61,276 nucleotides of DNA from a bacterium. GTDB taxonomy: Bacteria > SZUA-182 > DTGQ01 > JAFGSM01. Below, one piece after another: positions 50,476 to 61,276 of the stretch (position 1 is its first letter; every line of letters begins with the position of its first letter). The DNA lies in the NCBI GenBank assembly GCA_049472335.1, contig JBLIRO010000025.1, positions 1 through 61,276 of the forward strand, given 5' to 3'. The translations under genes and the position numbers were made by a program. Under the pieces are notes generated by a model. It made no database searches. It had not been told where the DNA came from and saw nothing but the letters and a program-made list of their open reading frames with translations.

Positions 50476-52377
50476 ATGAGTTGCCTGAGAGAAAAAAATT
50501 TCAAGATTTTTGTAAAATTTTTTCCTTTATTAATCTTTTTTCTATTTTATATTCCAAATTCTTCAATGGCCGACACCTATCTTTGGCAGGATTTTGAGTA
50601 TTGGGATTCCCCTAAAAATCATGGATGGATATGTTCCACACCTTCTTACCCGGTTTGGGGCGCTTTTCCATATATCGGATTTGGAAATTTGAAAACCATA
50701 ATTGATCCTCGCTTACAGAGCAGGGTTTTGGTTTTTGAGAGTATGCCGTCACCCTTGAATAAATTTTTTCGATTCAGGGCGCTAAATCAATTGATACCTG
50801 ATCCGGATCCGAGCACATCCGGATTTGATAAAAATATAGTTTCTTTTAACATACAAAATTTATTGGGAATCGAACAATTTGACCAATGGGAGGTTCAAAT
50901 CCAGTTGATCTCCAGAAACGGTAAAAACATTTTACTCGTCTACAGACCATTAGGAGCTCAGGAATCAGGACCCGAAGTAGGAGGAATCGCTGAATATGCC
51001 TTTATGAATGAAATCCAGGGAGGAGACCCTGATAATCCCGGGAATCCCTTGGTTGTTATTTATAATTTGGGCAGACAATATCAGGATGGTGGCTGGCATC
51101 TGGTGGTAAGGGATTTGGATCAAGATATCAGAGAAATAGGTATATGGAATGGAATCGATTTCGAGCTGGACGGATTCGGAAGAGAATTCGTTTATGGACC
51201 CGAAAATTCCTCTGTTGAATATATCATGATCATAGGTTCAACTGTAATGGTGGATAATATAGCCTTTCATGACCGCATGATGGATATCATCAATCATCCT
51301 CCCAAGCTGCAGCGAATCGGTCCTCAATATGCACAAATCTTTGTGCCGTTTAGTATCTTAATCTCCGTTTATGACCGCTCGGACCTGGACATAGCTTCTT
51401 CAGACGAAATGTATGATTTTTTTGCAACCATAGGAGGATACGGTTATCAGGGTATTCAAACCTCAGATATGATATTCAGGATAAAGGAAGATCCTAATAA
51501 TCCTGGCAAATTTCTCAAATGCAGTATAAATGATCCTGCATGTATAATAAATAAGGCTATCCTTGAATTCATTCCACATACATTCGAGGACCTTATTATC
51601 ACAGTAAGGGTCACAGATCCGGGAGGACTTTCTGACATCGAGACGTTTCCGCTTTCGGTAGTTAACTATCCGATAGTCAATCATCCTCCCTATTTAGAAG
51701 AAATAGAAAACGATGTATATCTTATCGGTTCTAATGAAGGATATTTCGAGAAAGAGTTTATCTGTTATGATCAGGATGGAGAGGATTATCCGGGTACAAC
51801 TACTGAATTTGGAAACATTACATATAAAGCGTTTATTGATTCTCAGCCAAATTATTATTACGGGCCCTGGCAGTATTCCCTTATCCCCGATCCTCATAAG
51901 CCTGTCATTAGATTCAGTCCGAGATTTGAAGGAACACATCAAATAACGATCATTGCTACTGACCAGAGGGGGCTTTCCGCTGTAACCGGATTCACTTTGG
52001 CTGTTGTCAATTCCGGGACCTGGATGAACCATCCCCCTGTCTTATGCGAAGATATAGACAGCCCTCAGGTAGTAAGGGCCGGAAGTATGGTTACAATCCC
52101 GATAGAATTTTTTGATCCGGATCAGGAACCAATATATTATCATTGCAATATCGGGAGCATTACAGAAATAAAAGAAGGATTTGGTGATACTCCTGATAGC
52201 TCTATAGGACTTACAAATGGTATAGACAAATACGGCAGATATGTAAGTGGCGCTATTTACAGCTTTACATCACATTTCCCCGGAACATATCTTATTCAAA
52301 TAACAGCCTATGATATAAGGGGCGGTTATAGTATTGCCGAATTCGTTCTTAATGTTCAGCCCTGGTGGTCAATATGA
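50476..52377 (+). CDS. Secreted protein with three Ig/cadherin-like repeats
   Basis: Signal peptide ending SSMA; three modules each starting NHPP and ending I.(V/I).(V/A).D..G.S (ITVRVTDPGGLS, ITIIATDQRGLS, IQITAYDIRGGYS). Confidence 0.75.
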   Translation: MSCLREKNFKIFVKFFPLLIFFLFYIPNSSMADTYLWQDFEYWDSPKNHGWICSTPSYPVWGAFPYIGFGNLKTIIDPRLQSRVLVFESMPSPLNKFFRFRALNQLIPDPDPSTSGFDKNIVSFNIQNLLGIEQFDQWEVQIQLISRNGKNILLVYRPLGAQESGPEVGGIAEYAFMNEIQGGDPDNPGNPLVVIYNLGRQYQDGGWHLVVRDLDQDIREIGIWNGIDFELDGFGREFVYGPENSSVEYIMIIGSTVMVDNIAFHDRMMDIINHPPKLQRIGPQYAQIFVPFSILISVYDRSDLDIASSDEMYDFFATIGGYGYQGIQTSDMIFRIKEDPNNPGKFLKCSINDPACIINKAILEFIPHTFEDLIITVRVTDPGGLSDIETFPLSVVNYPIVNHPPYLEEIENDVYLIGSNEGYFEKEFICYDQDGEDYPGTTTEFGNITYKAFIDSQPNYYYGPWQYSLIPDPHKPVIRFSPRFEGTHQITIIATDQRGLSAVTGFTLAVVNSGTWMNHPPVLCEDIDSPQVVRAGSMVTIPIEFFDPDQEPIYYHCNIGSITEIKEGFGDTPDSSIGLTNGIDKYGRYVSGAIYSFTSHFPGTYLIQITAYDIRGGYSIAEFVLNVQPWWSI

Positions 52378-52395
52378 AAAGGAAAACAGCAGGAA

Positions 52396-52776
52396 TTAAT
52401 GTAATGTACGTGTCAGGTTCAGGAGGTCATCTTTAAGCATATTGATGAATTTAACGCCTATGCAATATTTTTCATTGGATTCGGAACAATTTATCCATGT
52501 AACTTCCCCTACGGCATTGATCGGTTCCTCAGCGTAGGTGTCACGAAAAGCGATTGTAAAAAGCAGGCGATCTTTTAGCTTACACTTCTGATCGCACAAA
52601 AAGGCCAAACCACCTGTTCCGATGTTTTTGATCCTGTAAACATCGTTTTCATTATTATATGCTGATGAGTCAAAGGATCTAAAAGAGCAGTTCGCTTTTG
52701 CCTTGAATCTAAGCCCTTCTCTTCGTTCCGAATAATTATTATAAGAAGTGCCTTCACTAATAATACCTTCTCTCAT
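52396..52776 (-). CDS. PilZ-domain protein
   Basis: ERREGLR (RxxxR), NIGTGGL (variant of D/NxSxxG), GEVTW, IGVKF. Confidence 0.85.
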   Translation of the reverse strand: MREGIISEGTSYNNYSERREGLRFKAKANCSFRSFDSSAYNNENDVYRIKNIGTGGLAFLCDQKCKLKDRLLFTIAFRDTYAEEPINAVGEVTWINCSESNEKYCIGVKFINMLKDDLLNLTRTLH

Positions 52777-53008
52777 TTCAGACCCCCTATTCTAAAATCT
52801 TTTGATGATGATAATGATATTTATGTAAAAATAAGGGTAATGCTTTTAATATTAATAAAATTGAGTGGCAGGATCGATATCTTACGTCTAACCTTTTCAT
52901 AGATAAAATAAAATATACTTGGCAAGCGATTGTAAAACTTTAGTAATATGAATTAATAAAGCTTTTTAAAAAAATGTAAAATATATCAAATAACTATTAT
53001 CTTATTTA

Positions 53009-53037
53009 AGTATATAAAATACTGGAGTATTTGTCAA
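53009..53037 (-). promoter_or_regulatory. Sigma-70 promoter facing the PilZ gene
   Basis: Minus strand TTGACA, 17 bp, TATACT. Confidence 0.6.
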
Positions 53038-53204
53038 GTTTTTCATTATATTTTTATGATATTAAGGATTAAGGTTTCATAATTACCCTAGATCTTTAAT
53101 CTATGGATCAATAACAGATCAATCAGAGTGATGCTATAATCTCAGGATAAAAAATAATCCCTGAGAAATCCTTCCCTTTTAATGATTTATTGCTGATTAA
53201 TTGC

Positions 53205-53233
53205 TTGACATGTCGGAATATTCATATTAAAGT
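53205..53233 (+). promoter_or_regulatory. Probable sigma-70 promoter of the his operon
   Basis: TTGACA 53205-53210, 17 bp, TAAAGT 53228-53233. Confidence 0.5.
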
Positions 53234-53262
53234 GGCAAATTCAAATATGTATTGTTATAATT

Positions 53263-54384
53263 ATGGAACATAAATCGCATAAGATAAGGTATTTCATTAT
53301 GAATTTCCAGAAAATTTTATTAAGAGAAAATATCAGGGATTTAATTCCCTATTCAATAGAAGACTACCCATATAAAATAAAACTCGACGCAAATGAAAGC
53401 CCATATTCCATTAACTGGTCTCTGTGGCCTGAAGTGGCGCAAGAGCTTCAGGAAATTCAGTTGAACCGTTATCCGGATCCGCAGGCCAAAAAGCTGAAAA
53501 ATGCACTTTCTTCGTATCTTAACTGGCCTGAAGACAAGATGATCCTTGGGAATGGTTCTGATGAATTGATTCAATATATTCTAATGGCCTTTGGAGATCC
53601 AAACCGTCCTGTGTACGCACCTCATCCGACTTTTTCCATGTATCGCATTATCTCCATATCCATGGGGATGAAATTTAAAAAGATTCCCCTTGAAAAGGGA
53701 TTTGAGCTTCCCTTCAATCAGCAGATTCTGACAGATCTAAACTCTCAGCCTCAAAAAATTTTATTCATTGCAACCCCAAATAATCCAACCGGTAATTTTT
53801 TCAACAGGGATCATGTCCTCGATATTCTGAAAAACACAAATGGTATGGTATGTATCGATGAGGCATATCGCGACTTTTGTGACGAAGAAGGTTTTTTAAA
53901 CTTTCTTCCTGAATTTGAAAACCTTATCATTTTACGCACCCTGTCAAAAATGGGATTAGCCGGGTTGAGGGTCGGTATTCTTCTTGCCAATGAAGGGGCT
54001 ATATCGGCTATATCAAAGGTAAGACTTCCTTACAATCTCAATGTTATTTCTCAATTCCTAGCTCATGCAGTGCTAAACCATCGTGATTTACTTTTCAAAA
54101 TGATAAGCAAAATAAAGGAAAACAGATCTTGGCTGGAAAAAGAAATGAGGAAGATAAAGGGGATAAAAATCTTTCCCAGCCAGGCCAATTTTATTCTTTT
54201 TTCATGTGAATTCGATCTAAAGGTTATCAACAGTGAGCTACTTTCAGAAGGAATTCTGGTAAGAGTCTTCCCTCCTGAAGATTCCTGGCCCGGATTTATA
54301 AGGGTAACTATCGGAACCAGAAGTGAGTGTGAGATGTTTATCCAGGCTGTAAACAAGATATTGTCCAGCAAGGGGAAAAAATAA
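53263..54384 (+). CDS. hisC: Histidinol-phosphate aminotransferase
   Basis: KLDANESP, NRYPD, GNGSDELI, PNNPTG, IDEAY, RTLSKMGLAGLRVG; start may be 53299. Confidence 0.95.
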   Translation: MEHKSHKIRYFIMNFQKILLRENIRDLIPYSIEDYPYKIKLDANESPYSINWSLWPEVAQELQEIQLNRYPDPQAKKLKNALSSYLNWPEDKMILGNGSDELIQYILMAFGDPNRPVYAPHPTFSMYRIISISMGMKFKKIPLEKGFELPFNQQILTDLNSQPQKILFIATPNNPTGNFFNRDHVLDILKNTNGMVCIDEAYRDFCDEEGFLNFLPEFENLIILRTLSKMGLAGLRVGILLANEGAISAISKVRLPYNLNVISQFLAHAVLNHRDLLFKMISKIKENRSWLEKEMRKIKGIKIFPSQANFILFSCEFDLKVINSELLSEGILVRVFPPEDSWPGFIRVTIGTRSECEMFIQAVNKILSSKGKK

Positions 54385-54974
54385 TGACAAGGAAAGCAAC
54401 TATAAAAAGAAAAACAGAAGAGACGGATATCTTCCTGCAATTGAATCTCGATGGCAAGGGAAATTATAATATTAATACTTCTATCCCCTTTTTCGATCAT
54501 ATGCTGTCACTTTTTACCAAACAAAGTTTTTTCGATATTGAGCTTGTTGCCAAGGGGGACATAGAAGTGGATTTTCATCACACCGTGGAGGATATTGGGA
54601 TTATTCTCGGTCAGGGATTAAGAGAGGCGCTGGGAAATAAAGAAGGAATAAGAAGATACGGCAACGCTACCATTCCTATGGACGAGACCCTTGCAAGCGT
54701 AGCTGTCGACATTTGTTCACGGGCAGTATTCGTGTTTAATGTCCCTACAAAAGAAAGCTATTACGGAGGAGGATTTGATCTATCCATAACGGAGGAATTT
54801 TTCAAGGCATTTATTACAAACAGCCTTATTACCCTACATATAAATCTTCATTATGGCAAGAACCTTCATCATATTATAGAGGCTATATTTAAATCAGCAG
54901 GCAATGCACTGTATCAGGCGTGTCGTATAGATCCGAAAATAGAAGGCGTCCTGTCAACCAAAGGGAGGTTGTAA
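54384..54974 (+). CDS. hisB: Imidazoleglycerol-phosphate dehydratase
   Basis: RKTEETDI, FFDHML, DFHHTVED, PMDE, NLHHIIEAIFK, STKG. Confidence 0.97.
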   Translation: MTRKATIKRKTEETDIFLQLNLDGKGNYNINTSIPFFDHMLSLFTKQSFFDIELVAKGDIEVDFHHTVEDIGIILGQGLREALGNKEGIRRYGNATIPMDETLASVAVDICSRAVFVFNVPTKESYYGGGFDLSITEEFFKAFITNSLITLHINLHYGKNLHHIIEAIFKSAGNALYQACRIDPKIEGVLSTKGRL

Positions 54975-54982
54975 TCTTCATA

Positions 54983-55609
54983 ATGATTGCAATATTGGAT
55001 TTTGGTCTGGGGAATCTTAAAAGCATACAAAATGGATTTCTCTATCTGGGGCATAAAACCATTATTACCCGGGAGAGAAAACTTATACAGGATGCAGACA
55101 GCCTTATTTTACCGGGAGTCGGAGCATTTAAGGACGGAATGGACCGGCTGAAAAGATTCGACCTTGTTTTTGTTATCAGGGATGCTTTGTCTCAAAAAAA
55201 ACCTGTACTGGGGATCTGCCTTGGCCTTCAGCTCTTATTTTCGGAAAGTGAGGAATTTGGACGGCATATTGGATTGGAATTATTGAAGGGCACGGTAAAA
55301 TCCTTTACCGGCTCCTTGAAGATACCACATATGGGCTGGAATACGCTGCACATCACAAGACGGATCCCTCTTCTTGACGGTATTAAAGACGGCGAATTTT
55401 TTTATTTCGTTCATTCATTTTATGCGAAACCGGAAGAGCAGGGGATAGTTGCCGGAGAAACAAAATATGGAATCACCTTTCCCTCTGTAATACAAAAAGA
55501 CAACCTAATGGCTACTCAGTTTCATCCCGAAAAAAGCTCCAGACATGGTCTCAGAATTTTGGACAATTTCGTGAAAATATCGGAAGCAGCTAAAGCAAGG
55601 AGTATGTAA
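54983..55609 (+). CDS. hisH: Imidazole glycerol phosphate synthase glutaminase subunit
   Basis: MIAILDFGLGNL, LPGVGAF, GICLGLQ, PHMGWN, YFVHS, QFHPEKS; start at ATG 54983. Confidence 0.97.
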   Translation: MIAILDFGLGNLKSIQNGFLYLGHKTIITRERKLIQDADSLILPGVGAFKDGMDRLKRFDLVFVIRDALSQKKPVLGICLGLQLLFSESEEFGRHIGLELLKGTVKSFTGSLKIPHMGWNTLHITRRIPLLDGIKDGEFFYFVHSFYAKPEEQGIVAGETKYGITFPSVIQKDNLMATQFHPEKSSRHGLRILDNFVKISEAAKARSM

Positions 55610-56335
55610 ATGCTTATTATTCCTGCCATAGATTTGATTCAAGGAGAGTGCGTCAGGCTATACCAAGGAAAAGAAGAAAATAAGATCGTATTTTCCAAAA
55701 GTCCTCTCGAAGTAGCCCTCAGATGGCAGTCTATGGGTGCCAAAATAGTACATTTAGTAGATTTGGATGGTGCCTTTAAGGGAAATCCTCAAAATCTGAC
55801 CACTATACTACAATTAGCAAAAAAGCTGGATATCCCCATTGAACTGGGAGGAGGGCTCAGAAACCCTGAGATAATAGCCCGGATGTTCGAGGGAGGGGTA
55901 AACAGAATCATACTAGGAACAATATCTTATACTCATCCGGATATAGTTAGAAAGATTAGCGAAAAATACCCGGGAAGAATACTGATAGGTGTAGATGCAA
56001 GTGACGGATTTCTTGCAATTAAAGGTTGGAAGGATATAACACGGATAAAGGTGTACGAGTTTTGCAGGCAATGGACTGACTCTGGAATCAGGGCGATCAT
56101 ATATACCGATATAAAGAAGGACGGCACCATGAGAGGCCCCAATATAGAGGCAATCACCAGACTGCTCGACAAAGTTGATATCCCTGTTATTGCTGCAGGA
56201 GGCATCTCAAGCATGACCGACCTTGAAAAATTGGCACCCCTGGAGAAAAAGGGATTAGAGGGAGTAATAATAGGACGGGCCCTCTATACGGGAGCGGTAA
56301 AACTCGATCAGGCCATATCCAGATGGCAGAGATAG
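55610..56335 (+). CDS. hisA: ProFAR isomerase
   Basis: IIPAIDL..GECVRL, HLVDLDGA, GGGLR, YTDIKKDGTM.GPN. Confidence 0.97.
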   Translation: MLIIPAIDLIQGECVRLYQGKEENKIVFSKSPLEVALRWQSMGAKIVHLVDLDGAFKGNPQNLTTILQLAKKLDIPIELGGGLRNPEIIARMFEGGVNRIILGTISYTHPDIVRKISEKYPGRILIGVDASDGFLAIKGWKDITRIKVYEFCRQWTDSGIRAIIYTDIKKDGTMRGPNIEAITRLLDKVDIPVIAAGGISSMTDLEKLAPLEKKGLEGVIIGRALYTGAVKLDQAISRWQR

Positions 56336-56365
56336 TGGGGAAAAAGGGGAGGGTGAGGGAGCAGA

Positions 56366-57136
56366 ATGCTTGCAAAGAGGATTATTCCCTGTCTTGATAT
56401 CAAAGCCGGGAGGGTAGTAAAGGGTGTTCGTTTCTTAGAGCTAAGGGATGCAGGTGATCCTGTTGAGGTTGCAGATGCCTATAACCGGGAAGGGGCTGAC
56501 GAGGTTACATTTCTGGATATTACAGCATCCTATGAGAAAAGGGCCATATTGTTAAATGTCGTTAAAAAAACGGCTGAAAGACTTTTCATACCTTTTACAG
56601 TGGGCGGAGGGCTGCGTAACTTAGAGGATATAAGGGAAATACTCAAAGCCGGAGCCGATAAGATAAGCCTGAATACAGCAGCGGTTGAAGACCCTTCTCT
56701 TATATCACAAGGGGCCCAATCCTTTGGAAGTCAATGTATTGTAGTTGCGATAGATGCCAAAAGGATAACTGATTCTGATCCGTTTCGGTGGGAGGTATAT
56801 ATCCATGGAGGAAGAACTCCGACAGGAATCGACGCCATTACGTGGGCCAGGAAAGCAGAATCTCTTGGGGCAGGGGAAATCCTCCTTACCAGCATGGATT
56901 GCGATGGAACAAAAGAGGGTTATGACCTGGAATTGACAAGGATGGTTTCCGATACAGTGAGAATACCTGTTATAGCATCAGGGGGCGCAGGAAACCTGGA
57001 TCATCTGTATCAGGCCTTCGCCGAAGGTAAAGCCGATGCAGTTCTTGCTGCATCGATATTTCATTATAAGACCTATACAATCACAGAGGCAAAAAAATAT
57101 CTCAAGGCCAGAAATGTTCCTGTCAGGCTTTCCTGA
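56366..57136 (+). CDS. hisF: Imidazole glycerol phosphate synthase cyclase subunit
   Basis: [42 protein letters not shown]. Confidence 0.98.
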   Translation: MLAKRIIPCLDIKAGRVVKGVRFLELRDAGDPVEVADAYNREGADEVTFLDITASYEKRAILLNVVKKTAERLFIPFTVGGGLRNLEDIREILKAGADKISLNTAAVEDPSLISQGAQSFGSQCIVVAIDAKRITDSDPFRWEVYIHGGRTPTGIDAITWARKAESLGAGEILLTSMDCDGTKEGYDLELTRMVSDTVRIPVIASGGAGNLDHLYQAFAEGKADAVLAASIFHYKTYTITEAKKYLKARNVPVRLS

Positions 57137-58439
57137 TACCTTCCAGATCATAGATATCCGTTCGGACTATCTTTACTTCACAAATATCACCCTGTTTAAG
57201 GCCTTCTCCTTTTATCATTGTAATCCCATCGATATCAGGGGCTTGTCTCATTGTCCGGCCAATCATAATCCCCTGTTGGTTAGGGTCAGGGTAGTCACAG
57301 ATTGCCTCCTGGATCTTCCCTAATAAGGCCCGGTTTTTTTCCATTGATATGCCTGCCTGAAGCTCCATGATCTTTTCATACCTTTCCTGTTTAATATGTT
57401 TTGGTATATGATTAGGCAAACGGTATGCAGGGGTGCCTTTCTCTCGCGAATATGTGAATACCCCTAAATGATCGAATCGAATCCTGCTGATAAATTCCAA
57501 CAGATGTTCAAATTCTTTTTGTGTTTCACCAGGGAATCCTACCATAACAGTTGTTCTAAGGACTATATCAGGGACAACGGACCTTGCTGAATTTATAAAG
57601 GTCTCTATCTTTTCTATCTCTGACGGCCTTTTCATTGTCTTCAATATCCTTGGATGGGTATGTTGTATTGGAATGTCCAGATAAGAAATCATATTCCGGT
57701 ATTTGGCCATAAGCTGGATAATTCTGTGATCTAAAGAGAAAGGATACGTATAGAGCAGGCGAATCCAGGGTTCTCCTTCAAGGGAAACAAGTTTCTCGAG
57801 GAGTACAGAGAGTTGATTGAATGCTGTTGTATCCTGGCCAATAAGACATATCTCTTTTACTCCATCATCTATGAAAGCCTTTGCCTCAATTACAATTGAT
57901 TCTATTCCCCTGCTTCTATATCTGCCCCTTATACTTGGGATAAGACAATACGAGCAGCCGTGATCACAGCCTTCTGAGATCTTAATATAGGCCAAATGAG
58001 GCCATGTTGTTCTAACTCTGGGAAAAGTATGATCATAGAGAACACATGTCTTTTTCAAAAAATAAACCGGCTGCTTAAAATCCGATGATTCAAGAACTTT
58101 AATGATAGAAACGATTTTTATAAATTCACCAGGCCCTATTAACGCATCAATTTCAGGAATCTCATTAAAAAGCTCCGGTCCGCATTCCTGAGCCAGACAA
58201 CCTGTTACAATCAGAAATTTACACTGGCCCTTTTTTTTCATTTGAGCCATCTCCAAGATTGTTTCTATTGCCTCCCTCTTTGCTGACTCTATAAAACTGC
58301 AAGTATTAATAATTATTATTTTTGCATCCTCGGGTCGCGGGGTTATGAAATATCCTTCTTTCTTCAATAATCCCAGCATAACCTCTGAATCTACGAGGTT
58401 TTTTGAACAACCAAGGCTTATTATGCCAATCTTATCCAT
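57123..58439 (-). CDS. rimO: Ribosomal protein S12 methylthiotransferase
   Basis: [18 protein letters not shown], radical-[12 protein letters not shown]-terminal TRAM (QAPDIDG). Confidence 0.95.
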   Translation of the reverse strand: MDKIGIISLGCSKNLVDSEVMLGLLKKEGYFITPRPEDAKIIIINTCSFIESAKREAIETILEMAQMKKKGQCKFLIVTGCLAQECGPELFNEIPEIDALIGPGEFIKIVSIIKVLESSDFKQPVYFLKKTCVLYDHTFPRVRTTWPHLAYIKISEGCDHGCSYCLIPSIRGRYRSRGIESIVIEAKAFIDDGVKEICLIGQDTTAFNQLSVLLEKLVSLEGEPWIRLLYTYPFSLDHRIIQLMAKYRNMISYLDIPIQHTHPRILKTMKRPSEIEKIETFINSARSVVPDIVLRTTVMVGFPGETQKEFEHLLEFISRIRFDHLGVFTYSREKGTPAYRLPNHIPKHIKQERYEKIMELQAGISMEKNRALLGKIQEAICDYPDPNQQGIMIGRTMRQAPDIDGITMIKGEGLKQGDICEVKIVRTDIYDLEGIRKA

Positions 58440-58592
58440 AAAAGTGGGTGATCCTTTTTTACAATCTTATCAAAATGTCACCAAAATATCATTTTTTCAC
58501 GTTGAGCCTTGACTGATAAAACAAAAGACGAATATAATAAAATATATATCCTGGTATGAAAAATTAGGAAGTTATAAAGAGGAATTATATAA

Positions 58593-58826
58593 ATGCCTAT
58601 TTACGAATATAAATGCCAATCATGTAATAAAGACTTTGAAAAATTGATATTTCGTCGAGAACAATCGATATGTTGCCCATTTTGCAATTCAGTAGATGTT
58701 AGCAGGATAATGTCGACATTCGGTTTTATGAGCGGAAAAAGCTCCGGCACTTCTGACCAAAAAGGTCTATCATCGGGCTCATCCTGTGCCTCCTGCGTCA
58801 GCCATAATTGCAGTAATTGTCGTTAA
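58593..58826 (+). CDS. FmdB-family zinc-ribbon protein
   Basis: MPIYEYKCQSC...CPFC and a Cys-rich tail CASCVSHNCSNC; TTGACT-N18-TATAAT promoter at 58509-58538. Confidence 0.9.
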   Translation: MPIYEYKCQSCNKDFEKLIFRREQSICCPFCNSVDVSRIMSTFGFMSGKSSGTSDQKGLSSGSSCASCVSHNCSNCR

Positions 58827-58838
58827 TATATTAGTATT

Positions 58839-59210
58839 TCAAGACATTTTCTTTTCTTCTTCTTCTTGCTTCGTCTTACATTCGATGCATAAAGTCACTA
58901 CCGGACGGGCCTTGAGTCGTTTGATTCCAATGTCCTTACCGCATTCTTCACAAATTCCGAAAGAGCCATCCTCAATCCTTTGAAGCGCATCATCAATCTT
59001 TGCAAGCAACCTGCGCTCTCTATCCCTTAGCCTCAGCAAAAAATTCCGGTCTGACTCAAAGGATGATTGATCTGCAAAATCAGGAAGATCATCAGGGCTT
59101 TGTTGAAGGCCTATACCGAGAGTTTTATCACCCTCGGAAATGATTCTGGATCTCTCCTTTAAAAGTTCTTTTCTAATTTCACTCAAATCTTCTTTCGAAA
59201 TGCTCATCAA
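58839..59210 (-). CDS. dksA: RNA polymerase-binding transcription factor DksA
   Basis: PDFADQS coiled-coil tip, RDRERRLLAKID.AL.RI, CEEC...RLKARP...CIEC zinc finger. Confidence 0.93.
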   Translation of the reverse strand: MMSISKEDLSEIRKELLKERSRIISEGDKTLGIGLQQSPDDLPDFADQSSFESDRNFLLRLRDRERRLLAKIDDALQRIEDGSFGICEECGKDIGIKRLKARPVVTLCIECKTKQEEEEKKMS

Positions 59211-59237
59211 TAATCTACCTCCATTTCAGATTCGAAT

Positions 59238-60575
59238 CTAATCAAAAAAATTTTTTATGAAATTGGTATTTATTTTACCGTTACAAAAATCGGGATGACT
59301 AAATACTTCCCGATGAAAAGGTATTGTAGTGTCTATCCCTTCACAAACAAATTCGTCCAGAGCCCTTCTCATCCTTGTGATCGCCTCATTTCTGTCGCGA
59401 CCGTAAGAAATAAGTTTTGCTACTAAAGAATCGTAATAAGGCGGGATATTACATTCTTGATAAATGGCAGTGTCAATCCTGATGCCGGGTCCTCCGGGCA
59501 AATGGACATTCGATATCTTTCCAGGACAAGGGATAAATGATTTGGGATTTTCGGCGTTTATCCTGCATTCAATGGCATGCCCTAAAAATTGAATGTCTGT
59601 TTGTTTCCAGGGCAGCCTTTCGCCCGCAGCAATTTTTATTTGTTCTTTTACCAAATCAAGACCCGTAACCATTTCAGTTACAGGATGCTCTACCTGGATC
59701 CTGGTATTCATCTCCATAAAATAAAATTCCCCCGACTCATCAAGCAAAAACTCCACAGTTCCCACACTTGAATAATGTAAGGCATTTGCAGCCTTAATGG
59801 CGATTTCTCCCATTTCTTTCCTCAACTTCCCATCTAAAAAAGGGGAAGGTGATTCCTCTATTAATTTCTGATACCTTCTCTGAATTGAACAGTCCCTGTC
59901 TCCGAGATGAATTATATTCCCAAAATTGTCTCCTATGATCTGAAATTCAACATGCCTTGGATTTTCGATGAATTTTTCCACATAAAGGCAAGGATTGTCA
60001 AATGAGCTTACGGCTTCAGACTGGGCAGCCATAAAGGCATTTAAGAAACTGGCATCTGTATGGACAATCCTCATCCCTTTTCCGCCGCCCCCGCCGGCGG
60101 CCTTGATCATTACCGGAAAACCTATGCTATGAGCCATATCCAGGGCTTCATTATTATTTTCGACTCCCCCTTCAGTTCCCGGAACGGTCAAGACTCCGGC
60201 CTTTTGCATCATTTGTCTTGCAACAACCTTATCCCCCATGGAACGAATAATATCCGAGCTTGGGCCAATAAACTTAACCCCGCATGTTTCGCAGATCTCA
60301 GCAAAGCGGCTATTTTCGGCAAGGAATCCATATCCCGGATGAATGGCCTCGGCATCAGTGATTTCAGCAGCACTGATTATAGCCGGAATATTAAGATAGC
60401 TTTTAGAGGGTTCTTTAGGTCCGACACATACTGCCTCATTAGCCATATGCGTATGAAGGCTGTCGGCATCTTCTTCAGAATATATAGCTACGGTTTTGAT
60501 CCCCATCTCCATACAGGAACGGATTATTCTTACTGCAATCTCGCCCCTGTTCGCTATCAAAATCTTGTTAAACAT
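59238..60575 (-). CDS. accC: Acetyl-CoA carboxylase biotin carboxylase subunit
   Basis: [44 protein letters not shown]. Confidence 0.97.
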   Translation of the reverse strand: MFNKILIANRGEIAVRIIRSCMEMGIKTVAIYSEEDADSLHTHMANEAVCVGPKEPSKSYLNIPAIISAAEITDAEAIHPGYGFLAENSRFAEICETCGVKFIGPSSDIIRSMGDKVVARQMMQKAGVLTVPGTEGGVENNNEALDMAHSIGFPVMIKAAGGGGGKGMRIVHTDASFLNAFMAAQSEAVSSFDNPCLYVEKFIENPRHVEFQIIGDNFGNIIHLGDRDCSIQRRYQKLIEESPSPFLDGKLRKEMGEIAIKAANALHYSSVGTVEFLLDESGEFYFMEMNTRIQVEHPVTEMVTGLDLVKEQIKIAAGERLPWKQTDIQFLGHAIECRINAENPKSFIPCPGKISNVHLPGGPGIRIDTAIYQECNIPPYYDSLVAKLISYGRDRNEAITRMRRALDEFVCEGIDTTIPFHREVFSHPDFCNGKINTNFIKNFFD

Positions 60576-61050
60576 TGTGAATTTTTTCTTCTATAATGAA
60601 AAGCGGTTCGCCATACTCAACCGGGTGTGCGTTTTCTACAAGAATGGAAACGATCATGCCATCACGATCGGATTCAACTTCATTCATCAATTTCATTGCT
60701 TCAATGATGCATAATATCTGGCCTGTCTTGATTAATTCTCCTTCATTTACAAACGGGGATGCATTTGGTGAAGGCGACCGATAAAAAGTACCAACCAGAG
60801 GGGATCTTATTATACTTTTCCCTTCCGCCAATTCCATTTCTGCCAACTCTTTTTCCCGTGGTCCTGGAAGTTTCTTGGGAGCCTCACTTTCAAACTGAGG
60901 TAAATTTAGAACATTTTTAGATTCGGCGACCTCTGGTATATTTTTCTTGACCCTTATTTTGAAATCTTTCTCTTCCCATTCTATTTCATTAAAATTTGCA
61001 TCCTCAAGCACCTTTAAGATCTTTTTTAACTTTTTAATGTCATTGTCCAT
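60568..61050 (-). CDS. accB: Acetyl-CoA carboxylase biotin carboxyl carrier protein
   Basis: [21 protein letters not shown] biotinylation motif. Confidence 0.97.
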   Translation of the reverse strand: MDNDIKKLKKILKVLEDANFNEIEWEEKDFKIRVKKNIPEVAESKNVLNLPQFESEAPKKLPGPREKELAEMELAEGKSIIRSPLVGTFYRSPSPNASPFVNEGELIKTGQILCIIEAMKLMNEVESDRDGMIVSILVENAHPVEYGEPLFIIEEKIHNV

Positions 61051-61118
61051 TTTTTTTCTCTTTTCATTATATTATATAAGAATATTATATAATTAAAAGT
61101 ACTATTAAATTAAAAACT

Positions 61119-61276
61119 ATATCTGATTTTTTTATGGATTATTACAATCAGGATGGCTCTCCTGCAGAAATGTGCGGGAATGGTATCAGGTGTATGGCCA
61201 GGTTTATAATGGATAATGATCTCTGGAGTGGAAAGAATCTAAAAATAGAAACCAGGGCAGGTATTAAATCAATTGA
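61119..61276 (+). pseudogene. dapF: Diaminopimelate epimerase fragment lacking its N-terminus (runs off the right edge)
   Basis: [28 protein letters not shown]...IETRAGIK is the DapF catalytic-Cys motif; in-frame TAA at 61077-61079 and no KMHG.GNDF N-terminal motif upstream. Confidence 0.75.

Noticed and set aside
52920..52935. TGGCAAGCGATTGTA as a sigma-54 promoter
   Set aside because: Spacing is off by one and the -12 GC is absent
53038..53262. His-leader attenuator upstream of hisC
   Set aside because: No His-codon-rich leader ORF; the predicted promoter is too close to the start codon

Overview
A 61-kb window from an AT-rich diderm bacterium (leuS-lptE-holA synteny, lgt/lspA, an outer-membrane beta-barrel, a PEP-CTERM protein, sigma-54 promoters). 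Housekeeping blocks: M18 aminopeptidase, gatC, pcrA/uvrD; a CPA2 antiporter next to a complete V/A-type ATPase operon (G/H-I-K-E-C-F-A-B-D) with a Na+-type K ring; trxA, leuS, lptE, holA; ileS-lspA-TPR-lgt-fba; hisC-B-H-A-F; rimO, dksA, accBC. Three accessory regions stand out. (1) 1-8000: a divergent, partial ebo cluster (eboD, eboB, eboC) interleaved with an exported prenyltransferase/squalene-cyclase-fold protein, an exported YdjY-like protein, a PEP-CTERM protein and a PKD protein, with a sigma-54-like promoter and repeated TGTAAA-N5-CCGACA-like boxes. (2) 27650-39713: an island of secreted proteins. It holds two VWA proteins sharing a C-terminal motif (one is a ~1437-aa zincin-VWA-FN3-TSP3 frame interrupted by a single in-frame TAG), a GGA/Shine-Dalgarno-rich leader, a 9-bp tandem repeat, an IS remnant, a structured candidate RNA followed by an unannotated 47-aa ORF, and a dockerin-like protein whose frame continues past its stop. 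(3) 47750-52377: two large secreted proteins, each with its own near-consensus sigma-54 promoter. The window ends in a 5'-truncated dapF fragment. No rRNA, tRNA or CRISPR array was seen. All family assignments come from motif recognition by eye; no searches were run.
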